Positions 9,779-19,056 of a stretch of DNA of 64,000 nucleotides are shown piece by piece (position 1 is the first letter of the stretch; every line of letters starts with the position of its first letter). The notes below the pieces were generated by a model that was given only the letters and a program-made list of their open reading frames with translations, was not told the DNA's origin and ran no database searches. Made by a program: the position numbers and the translations under genes. The stretch comes from an uncultured Acidobacteriota bacterium (GTDB lineage: Bacteria > Acidobacteriota > Thermoanaerobaculia > Multivoradales > UBA5704), in contig CAVYRF010000002.1 of the NCBI GenBank assembly GCA_963770895.1, forward strand, positions 2,912,001 through 2,976,000, read 5' to 3'.

Positions 9779-9934
9779 ATGAAGAAGGAACTGCGTCCGC
9801 AGGCCCGGAAGATCACGATTGCCAAGGAGACTCTGCGCCGGATGGCAGAGGGCCAGCTGCGCGAGGTCGCGGGTGGCATCTTCACCGCGGGTGGCACGTC
9901 CTGCGGCCCGAACAACCCCTGCTACGTAGACTGA
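9779..9934 (+). CDS. Putative lanthipeptide/RiPP precursor with double-glycine leader (51 aa)
   Basis: Manual translation MKKELRPQARKITIAKETLRRMAEGQLREVAGG-IFTAGGTSCGPNNPCYVD*; KITIAKETL leader motif, L..VAGG cleavage motif, Ser/Thr/Cys core, strong RBS. Confidence 0.8.
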   Translation: MKKELRPQARKITIAKETLRRMAEGQLREVAGGIFTAGGTSCGPNNPCYVD

Positions 9935-9978
9935 TCGGGTAGTACGGTACCAGCCCGGCACTGCCGGGTGCAGGTACG

Positions 9979-10012
9979 ACGGCGGCGCCTCTGCGCCGCC
10001 GTTTTCCATTTT
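9979..10012 (+). terminator. Intrinsic terminator after precursor gene
   Basis: ACGGCGGCGC-ctct-GCGCCGCCGT 10-bp stem followed by TTTCCATTTT. Confidence 0.7.
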
Positions 10013-10038
10013 GCGCCCGGTTGGCGGCCTAGCTATAG

Positions 10039-10680
10039 CTAGAGCGCGCTGGCTTCCCGTCGCACGAAAGCAAGAAGCCCTTGTCTAAAAGCCTGGAAGC
10101 TGCCTGACCGGTTTCTTTCCGGGTCCATATGGACGGAAATATCGTGGGCAGCCTGGATCTTGGCGAGGCCTCCGGGGTGATAGCCCGCCTTGTTCAGAAC
10201 CCGTTCCAACGCCTCGGCTGTGCCACCGGCGATGGCGTCTGGGTCTCTGTAAGGTGCCCGCTGGCATAGACTCGCCGGAACTCCAGGATAGGCAGTGCAG
10301 AGCGCGGCGTTGTCGCCGAAGAACCAGGCTTCCAACTCTTCGATCGCCAGTCGATTGAGGACCTGTGGCAAGTTCATTTTCCCGGCTTGGGAGACCGTCA
10401 GGAGGCCGGCCTGGCCGGCTGCCGCTTCCAGATCGCTCTTCAAGCGTCGACAGTCCGCCTGGTCGCGATCGACGAGCACCACGACGCCCCAGCCCTCGGG
10501 GAGCCAGCGCCGATATCCACGCAACCTCGCGCCGAGATTTCGCAGAAGGTTGCTCTTGCCGGCGTGCTGGTAAATCTTGAAGGTGACTTCAGCACCCAGG
10601 ATGCGAGGCAGGAGCTGGTCCAAAGCTGTCTCGGCGGAAGGTTCCTCGACCAGGACCTCGAGGTGGGAGAGGGACGGCAT
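10039..10680 (-). CDS. DUF4276-like (TOPRIM-related) protein
   Basis: LEVLVEEPSAE...VVVLVDRD...EELEAWF, N.S.SF motif; coupled to the upstream ATPase. Confidence 0.75.
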   Translation of the reverse strand: MPSLSHLEVLVEEPSAETALDQLLPRILGAEVTFKIYQHAGKSNLLRNLGARLRGYRRWLPEGWGVVVLVDRDQADCRRLKSDLEAAAGQAGLLTVSQAGKMNLPQVLNRLAIEELEAWFFGDNAALCTAYPGVPASLCQRAPYRDPDAIAGGTAEALERVLNKAGYHPGGLAKIQAAHDISVHMDPERNRSGSFQAFRQGLLAFVRREASAL

Positions 10681-11897
10681 CAGTGGCCAGGCAGAGTCTG
10701 GCCTCCGCTGGCGCGGAGAGGATCGCCGACTTCAAAATGACCCTCCAGCCATAAGTCGCCCAGCGCGGCGCCCTGACTCATGAACGCTTCGATGCCCTTC
10801 ATGTCCGCCGCACGCCTGGCCTGCGTGAAGCCAGCTTCGTCGCGGAACAGCATCCACACCTCGGACGATTTCAGCGCGTTCACGAAAAACGGCGAGTGAG
10901 AGCTGACCAGGAGCTGCGAGCGACTCGTTGCCTTACGGCACTCCTCAGCCAACGCGGGCAGGAGTCGAGGGTGTAGATAGTTCTCCGGCTCTTCCAGCCC
11001 AATCAGCTGCGGCGGGTCGGGGTCGTTGAGAATGGTCAGGTAGGCCAGCATCTTGAGCGTGCCGTCCGAGACGTAGCGCGCAAGAATCGGCCGCTCGAAC
11101 GGGGTATCCTTGATCTGTAGCAGGAGACGCCCGTCGTCCATCACGTCGGCATTCACCGACTCAAGCCGAGGGACCCGCTGGGCGAGCGTCCTGAGGATCT
11201 GACTCAGCCGGTCCGGGTACTGTTCCTTCAGGTGCTGCACCACGTTCGGGAGGTTGTCGCCACTTGCAGAGAGGCGCTCCTGCGGGCCCGCTTCGGCCAG
11301 CCCACGAGCGCTATCGGCACTCAGGTAGGAGAGATACCAACCGGTGACGAACTTCCGCAAGGCGCTGACCCGCGGATGTTTGGCAAATTGGCCCAAGGTG
11401 CTGACGGCAATCGCTTCAGGCGAGACCAGGCGTTCGTCGACACGCTCTGCCTCCTGGTCCGGCTCCTCCCCGGATATCACCCGGCCAGCGCCCAGGTGAA
11501 AATCCAGGAACTTGAAGGGGGCGCCGAAGCTGCCCCGCTTCCATCGCAGCCATTCCTCGGCCACAACCGGGCCTTTGGAGCTCTCGTCAATGGCAAGGTG
11601 GTAGGTGATTTTGGGCCTGCCCGGTTCGCGGTATCCGAGCTCGATGATGATGGGGCCGTCAGTTCCGCGCGTGCGCAATTCCTTAAATCTCCCGCGCCGG
11701 TCCCAGGCTTTCCTCAATCCTTGGGTGAAGCATTCGGAGAGAAATGCAAACACATCGAACAGCGTGGACTTTCCGCTGCCGTTAGGGCCCAGAAATACCG
11801 TGAGGGGCGTCAGGTCCTTCAGCGTCAGGTCCCGGAGGGCTCGGTACCGCTCGACGCGCAATGATTCGATACGCGGCACCTGTTGCGAGTCAGCCAT
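10680..11897 (-). CDS. AAA_21/ABC-type ATPase
   Basis: Walker A GPNGSGKS, signature VSDGT, Walker [14 protein letters not shown]. Confidence 0.87.
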   Translation of the reverse strand: MADSQQVPRIESLRVERYRALRDLTLKDLTPLTVFLGPNGSGKSTLFDVFAFLSECFTQGLRKAWDRRGRFKELRTRGTDGPIIIELGYREPGRPKITYHLAIDESSKGPVVAEEWLRWKRGSFGAPFKFLDFHLGAGRVISGEEPDQEAERVDERLVSPEAIAVSTLGQFAKHPRVSALRKFVTGWYLSYLSADSARGLAEAGPQERLSASGDNLPNVVQHLKEQYPDRLSQILRTLAQRVPRLESVNADVMDDGRLLLQIKDTPFERPILARYVSDGTLKMLAYLTILNDPDPPQLIGLEEPENYLHPRLLPALAEECRKATSRSQLLVSSHSPFFVNALKSSEVWMLFRDEAGFTQARRAADMKGIEAFMSQGAALGDLWLEGHFEVGDPLRASGGQTLPGH

Positions 11898-12184
11898 TGC
11901 CCTCTAGCCTATCTCGTCTCGCGACGACCCGGTGGGTGCAGTGTCTCAGCGGTTGCCCCGACCTCGGCGCGCCTGCGGCGCGTCGCGATCGGGCCGGGGG
12001 GCGATGGCGGAGCGTCTTGCCGAGTGCGGACGGCGAGCTGCCGTTTGACAGCGGCGGCGGGTTCGGCTTGAATACGGGGCGCACTTGCGGACACGGCGGT
12101 ACGGCGCGCTCCGCCGATGGCTGGCACGCTGGGGCTGGGGGCGAGCGGCGATGGCTGGGCGCCGGCCAGGGGAGGGCTGAGGTC

Positions 12185-12985
12185 ATGGGCCAGGTAGTGG
12201 CTCTGGGACGGCGGGGGTTTGGCGCCACGGCGCGGCGGGACGCGTGGTGGCTGCAGCCCCTGGCCGTGCTGCTGGGGCTGGGAACGTTCATCGTGTATTC
12301 GACCTGGGCGGCGTTCCAGGGCGCTCACTACACGTGGGGGCCGTATCTGTCGCCGTTCTATTCGCCGGAGCTGTTCGGCAGCTCGCCGCATGCGTGGTTC
12401 GGCCCCAAGCCGGGGTGGTTTCCGGGTTGGCTGCCGTTTTCGCCGGCGCTGTTGATCCTGTGGATGCCGGGCGGCTTCCGGCTGACCTGCTACTACTACC
12501 GGGGCGCCTACTACAAGGCGTTTTGGGCCGACCCGCCGGCGTGCACGGTGGGCGAGCCGCGCAAATCGTACCTGGGCGAAAAGTCGTTCCCGCTGATCCT
12601 GCAGAACGCCCACCGCTACTTCCTGTACCTGGCGCTGCTGTTCCTGGTGGTTTTGGCGCACGACCTGTGGGAAGCGATGTGGTTTGCCGATCCGGCGACC
12701 GGCCAGACGCACTTCGGCATCGGCGTCGGCACGCTGGTACTGGCGACCAACCTGGTGATGCTTTCGGGCTACAGCTTCGGCTGCCACTCGCTGCGTCACC
12801 TGATCGGCGGCGGCCGCGACCTGCTGGCGGGCAGGAAGGTGACGCTGGCCGCGTATCGCTGCGCCGGGTGCTTCAACCGCCGCCACATGCTGTGGGCGTG
12901 GATGAGCCTGTGCACGGTGGGCTTCTCCGACCTGTACATCCGGCTCTGCTCGATGGGGATCTGGACCGACTGGAGGATCTTTTGA
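12185..12985 (+). CDS. Succinate dehydrogenase membrane anchor (mycobacterial Sdh1-type)
   Basis: Multi-TM; YLSPFYSP, FRLTCYYYR.AYY.AFW..PPAC, GCHSLRH; directly upstream of flavoprotein. Confidence 0.8.
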   Translation: MGQVVALGRRGFGATARRDAWWLQPLAVLLGLGTFIVYSTWAAFQGAHYTWGPYLSPFYSPELFGSSPHAWFGPKPGWFPGWLPFSPALLILWMPGGFRLTCYYYRGAYYKAFWADPPACTVGEPRKSYLGEKSFPLILQNAHRYFLYLALLFLVVLAHDLWEAMWFADPATGQTHFGIGVGTLVLATNLVMLSGYSFGCHSLRHLIGGGRDLLAGRKVTLAAYRCAGCFNRRHMLWAWMSLCTVGFSDLYIRLCSMGIWTDWRIF

Positions 12986-14865
12986 CGGCTGAGCACCGCA
13001 GGTTCGAGTACGACGTGCTGGTGATCGGGGCCGGCGGCGCCGGGCTGCGCGCGGCGATCGAGGCATCGGCCGCCGGGGCGAAGGTGGCGGTGCTGTCCAA
13101 GTCGCTGCTGGGCAAGGCGCACACGGTGATGGCGGAGGGCGGCGTGGCGGCGGCGATGGGCAACGTCGACGACCGCGACAACTGGAAGGTGCATTTTGCC
13201 GACACCATGCGCGGCGGCCAGTATCTGAACAACCCGCGCATGGCGGAGATCCATGCCCGCGAGGCGCCGGCGCGGGTGCGCGAGCTGGAGGCGTGGGGGG
13301 CGCTGTTCGACCGCACCGCCGACGGCCGCATCCTGCAGCGCAACTTCGGCGGCCATCGCTATCCGCGCCTGGCGCACGTCGGCGACCGCACCGGCCTGGA
13401 GATGATCCGCACCCTGCAGGACCACGGCATCCACCAGGGGATCGACTTCCACATGGAGACGACGGTCGCCACCCTGCTGCGCGGCGGCCGCAACGGCGAG
13501 GGCGGCGTGGTGGGGGTGGTCGCCTACGACCGCGAGCGCGGCGGGGCGATGGTGTTCACCGCCGGCGCGGTGGTGCTGGCGACCGGCGGCATCGGCCGCG
13601 CCTTTGAGATCACCAGCAACAGCTGGGAGTACACCGGCGACGGCCTGGCGCTGGCCTACGAGGCGGGCGCCGACCTGATCGACATGGAGTTCGTGCAGTT
13701 CCACCCCACCGGCATGGTGTGGCCGCCCAGCGTGCGCGGCATCCTGGTGACCGAAGGGGTGCGCGGCGAAGGGGGCGTGCTGCGCAACCGCGAAGGGCGC
13801 CGCTTCATGTTCGACGACATCCCCGAGAACTACCGCAACCAGACCGCCGACAACGAAGACGAAGGGTGGCGCTACTGCCAGGGCGACAAGACGGCGCGCC
13901 GCCCCCCCGAGCTGCTGACCCGCGACCACGTGGCGCGCTGCATCGTGCGCGAGATCCGCGAGGGGCGGGGGAGCCCGCACGGCGGGGTGTTCCTCGACAT
14001 CTCGTGGATCGCGAGCCGCATCGCCGACGCTCCGGCCCACATCAAGAAAAAGCTCCCCAGCATGTACCACCAGTTCAAGGAGCTGGCGGGCATCGACATC
14101 ACCAAGGAGCCGATGGAGATCGGCCCCACCACCCACTACATGATGGGCGGCGTGCGCGTCGACGCCGAAACCCAGATGTCGACCGTGCCGGGGCTGTTCG
14201 CCGCCGGCGAGTGCGCGGCGGGGCTGCACGGCGCCAACCGCCTGGGCGGCAACTCGCTGTCGGACCTGCTGGTGTTCGGCAAGCTGGCGGGCGAGCACGC
14301 CGCGGCGTTCGCCCGCCGCCGCAAGGCCGCCGCCCCCACCGACACCGCGGCCGGCGCCGCCCCCGTTCCCGCTCCCTCTCCCTCTGACAGTGCGCAGGTC
14401 GAGGCGGCGGTCGCGGCGCTCTACGCGCCGTTCGACCGCCCGCCGGCGGTGGCCGGCGACGGGCCCTACCAGATCCAGCGCAAGCTGCAGACCATGATGC
14501 AGGCCCAGGTCGGCATCGTGCGCCGCCACGACGACATGGCCAACGCCCTGGCCGGCATCGCCGCGCTGCGCGCCGAAGCGGCGGCGGTCGGCGCCACCGG
14601 CAACCGCCAGTACAACCCCGGCTGGCACACGGTGCTGGACCTGCAGAGCATGCTGATCGTCTCCGAAGCGGTGACGCGCGCCGCGATCGAGCGCCAGGAG
14701 AGCCGCGGCGCGCAGTTCCGCGACGACCATCCGGCCAAGGACGACGAGTTCGGCAAGGTCAACCTGGTGGTGCGCAAGGGCGCCGGCGGCGCCATGACGG
14801 TGACGCCCGAACCGGTGGTGCCGATGAGCGACGAGCAACGTGCGATCGTCGAGGAGATGAAGTGA
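12982..14865 (+). CDS. sdhA: Succinate dehydrogenase/fumarate reductase flavoprotein
   Basis: DVLVIGAGGAG, AHTVMAEGG, QFHPTG, TEGVRGEGG, HYMMGG, LHGANRLGGNSL, ESRGA; TTG start overlapping the anchor stop. Confidence 0.93.
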   Translation: MTAEHRRFEYDVLVIGAGGAGLRAAIEASAAGAKVAVLSKSLLGKAHTVMAEGGVAAAMGNVDDRDNWKVHFADTMRGGQYLNNPRMAEIHAREAPARVRELEAWGALFDRTADGRILQRNFGGHRYPRLAHVGDRTGLEMIRTLQDHGIHQGIDFHMETTVATLLRGGRNGEGGVVGVVAYDRERGGAMVFTAGAVVLATGGIGRAFEITSNSWEYTGDGLALAYEAGADLIDMEFVQFHPTGMVWPPSVRGILVTEGVRGEGGVLRNREGRRFMFDDIPENYRNQTADNEDEGWRYCQGDKTARRPPELLTRDHVARCIVREIREGRGSPHGGVFLDISWIASRIADAPAHIKKKLPSMYHQFKELAGIDITKEPMEIGPTTHYMMGGVRVDAETQMSTVPGLFAAGECAAGLHGANRLGGNSLSDLLVFGKLAGEHAAAFARRRKAAAPTDTAAGAAPVPAPSPSDSAQVEAAVAALYAPFDRPPAVAGDGPYQIQRKLQTMMQAQVGIVRRHDDMANALAGIAALRAEAAAVGATGNRQYNPGWHTVLDLQSMLIVSEAVTRAAIERQESRGAQFRDDHPAKDDEFGKVNLVVRKGAGGAMTVTPEPVVPMSDEQRAIVEEMK

Positions 14866-15605
14866 TGGCGCGAGCGACCTTCAAGATCTGGCGCGGCGAC
14901 GCGGCGGGCGGCGAGCTGCGCGACTACGCGACCGAGGTGACCGAGGGCATGGTGGTGCTCGACGCCGTGCACCAGATCCAGGCCGAGTCGGCCGGCGACC
15001 TGGCGGTGCGCTGGAACTGCAAGGCCGGCAAGTGCGGCTCCTGCTCGGCCGAGGTGAACGGCAACCCGCGCCTGATGTGCATGACGCGGCTGTCCGACCT
15101 GCCGCTGGACCAGCCGGTGACGATCGAGCCGATGCGCAGCTTTCCGCCGCTGCGCGACCTGGTGACCGACGTGTCGTTCAACTTTGCCGCCAAGCGCAAG
15201 ATCAAGCAGTTCAAGCCGCGGCCGGCGGACGCCCCCGACGGCACCTGGCGCATCGCGCAGGACGACGTGGAGCGGGTGCAGGAGTTCCGCAAGTGCATCG
15301 AATGCTTCCTCTGCCAGGACGTCTGCCACGTGCTGCGCGAGCATCACCTGCACGACCGCTTCATCGGGCCGCGCCTGCTGGTGTACACGGCGGCGCTCGA
15401 AATGCACCCGCTGGACGTGGAAGACCGTCTGGCCGACCTGCGCCACGAACAGGGGATCGGCTACTGCAACATCACCAAGTGCTGTACCAAGGTGTGCCCC
15501 GAAGGGATTACCATCACGGACAACGCCATCATTCCGCTCAAGGAGCGGGTGGTGGACGAGTTCTTCGATCCCCTGGGCAAGCTGCTGCGCGTCTTCCGCC
15601 GCTGA
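14865..15605 (+). CDS. sdhB: Succinate dehydrogenase iron-sulfur subunit
   Basis: CKAGKCGSC...C, CIECFLCQDVC, CNITKCCTKVCP. Confidence 0.93.
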   Translation: MARATFKIWRGDAAGGELRDYATEVTEGMVVLDAVHQIQAESAGDLAVRWNCKAGKCGSCSAEVNGNPRLMCMTRLSDLPLDQPVTIEPMRSFPPLRDLVTDVSFNFAAKRKIKQFKPRPADAPDGTWRIAQDDVERVQEFRKCIECFLCQDVCHVLREHHLHDRFIGPRLLVYTAALEMHPLDVEDRLADLRHEQGIGYCNITKCCTKVCPEGITITDNAIIPLKERVVDEFFDPLGKLLRVFRR

Positions 15606-15633
15606 CCCACCGGGGTCCGGCAGGAGGCCAACC

Positions 15634-16134
15634 ATGTTCGAGCTCAAGCCGCTCTCCCGCGAAGCCGTCGCCGGCGCCCTGGACAAGGCGCATCGCTACC
15701 GTCTGCTGAGCGAGCCGGTCGAGGCGGAGAGCATCTGCCGCGACATCCTGGAGATCGACCCCGACAACCAGGAGGCGCTGGTCACCCTGGTCCTGGCGCT
15801 GTCCGACCAGTTCGAGGACCACCTGGGGCTGGCATCGGCGGAGGCCAAGGCGGTGCTGTCGCGCATCCGCGACGAATACAGCCGCGTCTACCACGCCGGC
15901 ATCCTGTGCGAGCGGCGCGCCAAGGCTCACATCAAGCGCGGCGGCCCGCGCGCCGGTCACATCGCCTACGAATGGCTGCGCGAAGCGATGGACCACTTCG
16001 AGAAGGCGATCGCCCTGCGCCCGCACGGCAACGACGATTCCATCCTGCGCTGGAACACCTGCGTCCGCACCCTGCGCGCCCATCCGACCCTGGCGCCCGA
16101 CCTGCAGGAAAGCGTCCACCACTGGCTGGAGTGA
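15634..16134 (+). CDS. Hypothetical TPR-like helical protein downstream of sdh
   Basis: RBS AGGAGG; MFELKPLSREAV..ALDKAHRYRLL.EP..AESIC.DIL..DPDNQEAL. Confidence 0.7.
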   Translation: MFELKPLSREAVAGALDKAHRYRLLSEPVEAESICRDILEIDPDNQEALVTLVLALSDQFEDHLGLASAEAKAVLSRIRDEYSRVYHAGILCERRAKAHIKRGGPRAGHIAYEWLREAMDHFEKAIALRPHGNDDSILRWNTCVRTLRAHPTLAPDLQESVHHWLE

Positions 16135-16146
16135 GCGGGCGCGTTA

Positions 16147-16169
16147 AATCCGACCGACCGTGCTATTCT
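16147..16169 (+). promoter_or_regulatory. Putative TetR operator overlapping extended -10 of a leaderless tetR gene
   Basis: aatccgaccgaccgtgct overlaps TGcTATTCT, which lies 6 nt before GTG 16176. Confidence 0.5.
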
Positions 16170-16175
16170 AGGGCC

Positions 16176-16775
16176 GTGACCAAGGGCGAACAGACGCGGC
16201 GCGAGATCGTCGACCGGGCGCTGGTGATGGCCGGCGAAGTCGGCCTGGAACGGCTGTCGCTGGGCAACCTGGCGGCCGACGTGCAGCTTTCCAAGAGCGG
16301 CCTGTTCGCCCACTTCAAGTCCAAGGAAGCGCTGCAGCTGGCGGTGCTGCAGCAGGCGATCGACAGTTTCGTGCGCGAGGTGGTGCAGCCGGCCCTGGGC
16401 CTGCCGCGCGGCGAGCCGCGGGTGCTCATGCTGTTCGACCGGTTCCTGACCTGGATCATCGGCGGCGGCCGGCGCGGCAGCTGCATCTTCATGGCGCTCA
16501 ATCACGAATACGACGACCGGCCGGGCGCGGTGCGCGACCTGCTGGTCGAATCGCAGCGCGAGTGGCAGCGCACGCTGGCGCGCGCGGCGCAGATCGCCGT
16601 CGAGGAAGGGCACTTTCGCGCCGGGCTGGACGCCGAGCAGTTCGCCTACGAAGTCGAGGGGATCGGCATGGCCTATCAGCAGGCCCACAAGCTCCTCGCC
16701 GATCCCAAAGCCGAAACCAAGGCCCACGCCGCCTTTGCGGCGCTCCTGGCGCGAAGCAGCCAGGGCGTGCAGTAG
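16176..16775 (+). CDS. TetR/AcrR-family regulator
   Basis: KGEQTRREIV..A...GLE..SLG.LA....LSKSGLFAHFKSKEAL. Confidence 0.9.
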   Translation: MTKGEQTRREIVDRALVMAGEVGLERLSLGNLAADVQLSKSGLFAHFKSKEALQLAVLQQAIDSFVREVVQPALGLPRGEPRVLMLFDRFLTWIIGGGRRGSCIFMALNHEYDDRPGAVRDLLVESQREWQRTLARAAQIAVEEGHFRAGLDAEQFAYEVEGIGMAYQQAHKLLADPKAETKAHAAFAALLARSSQGVQ

Positions 16776-16793
16776 AGGCCGGGAGGAACGCCA

Positions 16794-17687
16794 ATGCTGG
16801 ACGCGACGTCAGGCAGCTCCTTCGTTCCGCCACAAAAAAGCACGACCGATCGTCCTAAGGCGCTTCTGGTGCCCGGCTGGATGCGGACCGGCTTCCGCGT
16901 CACCGGGGCGGTGGCGCCGGGCGCCGCGGCCCTGCTCGCGCGGCAGGTCTTTTTCACCCCGCCGCGGACGCCGCTGCGCGTGGCCGAGAGCGCGGTGCTG
17001 GCGCGCGGCGAGCGCTTTTCGCTGGTGGCGGCGGGCGGCCAGGTGGTCGGCCACAGCTGGGGCGAAGGGCCGACGGTGCTGCTGGTCCATGGCTGGGGCG
17101 GCCATGCCGGGCACATGACGGCGCTGGTCGATCCGCTGCTCGCCGCCGGATTCCGCGCCGTCGCGCTCGACCTGCCGGCGCACGGCGAGTCGGCGGGGCG
17201 GCTGTCGTCGCTGGTGCATTTCGGCGCCGCCCTGGCGCGGGCGGCGGCGCTGTTCGGGCCGGTGCACGGCCTGGTGGCGCACTCCTTCGGCGCCGCCGGC
17301 AGCACCTACCAGATGTCGCGCGGCCTGGCGGTGGGGCGCGCCGTGTTCGTCGCCCCGCCGGCGCGCTTCGACGGCGTCTGGTCGCGCTTCCGCGAGTCCT
17401 TCGGCGTCGGCGACGAGGTGTGGCGGCGCATGGTCGCCGACGTCGAGCGGTGGCTCGCGGTGAGCTTCGCCGACATCGCGCCGGTCGACCTGGCGCCGGC
17501 GATGACCACGCCGCTGCTCATCCTGCACGACCAGGGCGACCGCGAGGTGCCGATCGCCGAGGGCGCCGAGCTGGCCAGCCGCTGGCCGGGCGCCGTGCTG
17601 GTGCGGCGGGAGGGGCTGGGCCACTTGCGCATCCTGCGCGACGGCTCCGCGGTCGCCCAGGCGGTGGCCTTCCTGGCCGCCGCGTAG
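16794..17687 (+). CDS. Alpha/beta hydrolase
   Basis: LLVHGWGG, DLPAHG, nucleophile AHSFG, HD..D, GLGH. Confidence 0.87.
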   Translation: MLDATSGSSFVPPQKSTTDRPKALLVPGWMRTGFRVTGAVAPGAAALLARQVFFTPPRTPLRVAESAVLARGERFSLVAAGGQVVGHSWGEGPTVLLVHGWGGHAGHMTALVDPLLAAGFRAVALDLPAHGESAGRLSSLVHFGAALARAAALFGPVHGLVAHSFGAAGSTYQMSRGLAVGRAVFVAPPARFDGVWSRFRESFGVGDEVWRRMVADVERWLAVSFADIAPVDLAPAMTTPLLILHDQGDREVPIAEGAELASRWPGAVLVRREGLGHLRILRDGSAVAQAVAFLAAA

Positions 17688-17759
17688 CGGCCTGGTCCCT
17701 GGCTGCCACGGCTTCCTGCTAGGATGATCGAGCCCGGCAGGGCGTCAAGGAGGATCTGG

Positions 17760-18896
17760 ATGAGCCCGAATCCGTTGCAGCAGCTGACCGCGCTGGGCCA
17801 GAGCGTCTGGTACGACTACATTCGCCGCGACCTCTACCAGGGGCCGGAGCTGCGCCAGCTGATCGCCGGCGACAGCTTGCGCGGCATGACCTCCAATCCG
17901 ACCATCTTCCAGCAGGCGATCGCCGCCACCCAGCTGTACGACGAAGACATCCGCCGGCTGGGCGAACAGGGGCTGCCGGCGGCGGAGATCTTCGAGCGCC
18001 TGGAGGTGGAAGACGTGAGCGCCGCCGCCGATGCGTTCCGCGGCGTCTACGACGCGTCCAATGGCGCGGACGGCTACGTTTCGATCGAGGTGGCCCCCCA
18101 TCTGGCGCTCGACGGCCCAGGCTCCATCGCGGAAGCGCGGCGGTTGTGGCGGGAGTGCGGGCGGCCCAACGTGATGGTCAAGATCCCGGGCACGGTGCCG
18201 GGGCTGGCCGCCATCCAGGACTGCCTGGCGCAAGGGATCAACATCAACATCACGCTGCTGTTTTCGGTCGAGCGGCACCGCCAGGTCATGGAGGCCTACC
18301 TGGCGGCGCTGGAAGCGCGCGTCGCCGCCGGGCAGCCGATCGACCGCATCCATTCGGTGGCCAGCTTCTTTGTCAGCAGGGTGGACACCAACGTCGACAA
18401 GAAGCTGGACGCGATCGCCGGCGACGCCGGCCGCCCCGACGCCGATCGCCAGCTGGCGCGCCAGCTGCGCGGCAAGACCGCCATCGCCAACGCACGGCTG
18501 GCCTATCGCGCCTTCGAAGAGGTGTTCGGCGGCGAGCGCTTTGCGCGGCTCAAGGAGCACGGCGCCAACCGCCAGCGGCCGCTGTGGGCATCCACCTCGA
18601 CCAAGGACAAGGCCTATCCCGACCTGTATTACGTCGAGGAGCTGATCGCCCCCGACAGCGTTGACACGGTGCCGCGCGAAACCTTTGACGCCTATCGCGA
18701 TCACGGCAAGCCGCAGGTGCGCATCCACGACGACCTGGCGGGCGCCGAGGCGACGTTCGCCGGCCTGGCCAAGCTGGGCATCGACGAGCAGCAGGTCTAC
18801 AAGGAGCTGGAGGACGAAGGCATCCGCAAGTTCGGCGAGTCGTACGACACCTTGCTGGCGGCGCTGGCCGAAAAGGAGAAGGCTGTTCGCGTGTGA
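17760..18896 (+). CDS. tal: Transaldolase
   Basis: GQSVWYD, GMTSNPTIF, NVMVKIPGT, ININITLLFS, VASFFVSRVD, RPLWAST; RBS AAGGAGG. Confidence 0.95.
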   Translation: MSPNPLQQLTALGQSVWYDYIRRDLYQGPELRQLIAGDSLRGMTSNPTIFQQAIAATQLYDEDIRRLGEQGLPAAEIFERLEVEDVSAAADAFRGVYDASNGADGYVSIEVAPHLALDGPGSIAEARRLWRECGRPNVMVKIPGTVPGLAAIQDCLAQGININITLLFSVERHRQVMEAYLAALEARVAAGQPIDRIHSVASFFVSRVDTNVDKKLDAIAGDAGRPDADRQLARQLRGKTAIANARLAYRAFEEVFGGERFARLKEHGANRQRPLWASTSTKDKAYPDLYYVEELIAPDSVDTVPRETFDAYRDHGKPQVRIHDDLAGAEATFAGLAKLGIDEQQVYKELEDEGIRKFGESYDTLLAALAEKEKAVRV

Positions 18897-19056
18897 TGGC
18901 TGGCCGGTGTCGGCCCAGCCGGCCGCACCGGGCGGCTCCTGGCTGCTCCGAGCGGCTCCTGGCGGCTCCGGATAGACGAGTGGGGAGCGCGGCGCGTACT
19001 AGATCTGAAGCCGCCTCCCACCGCCCGTCCTCGTCTGGGAGAGGGTCATCCCCACG

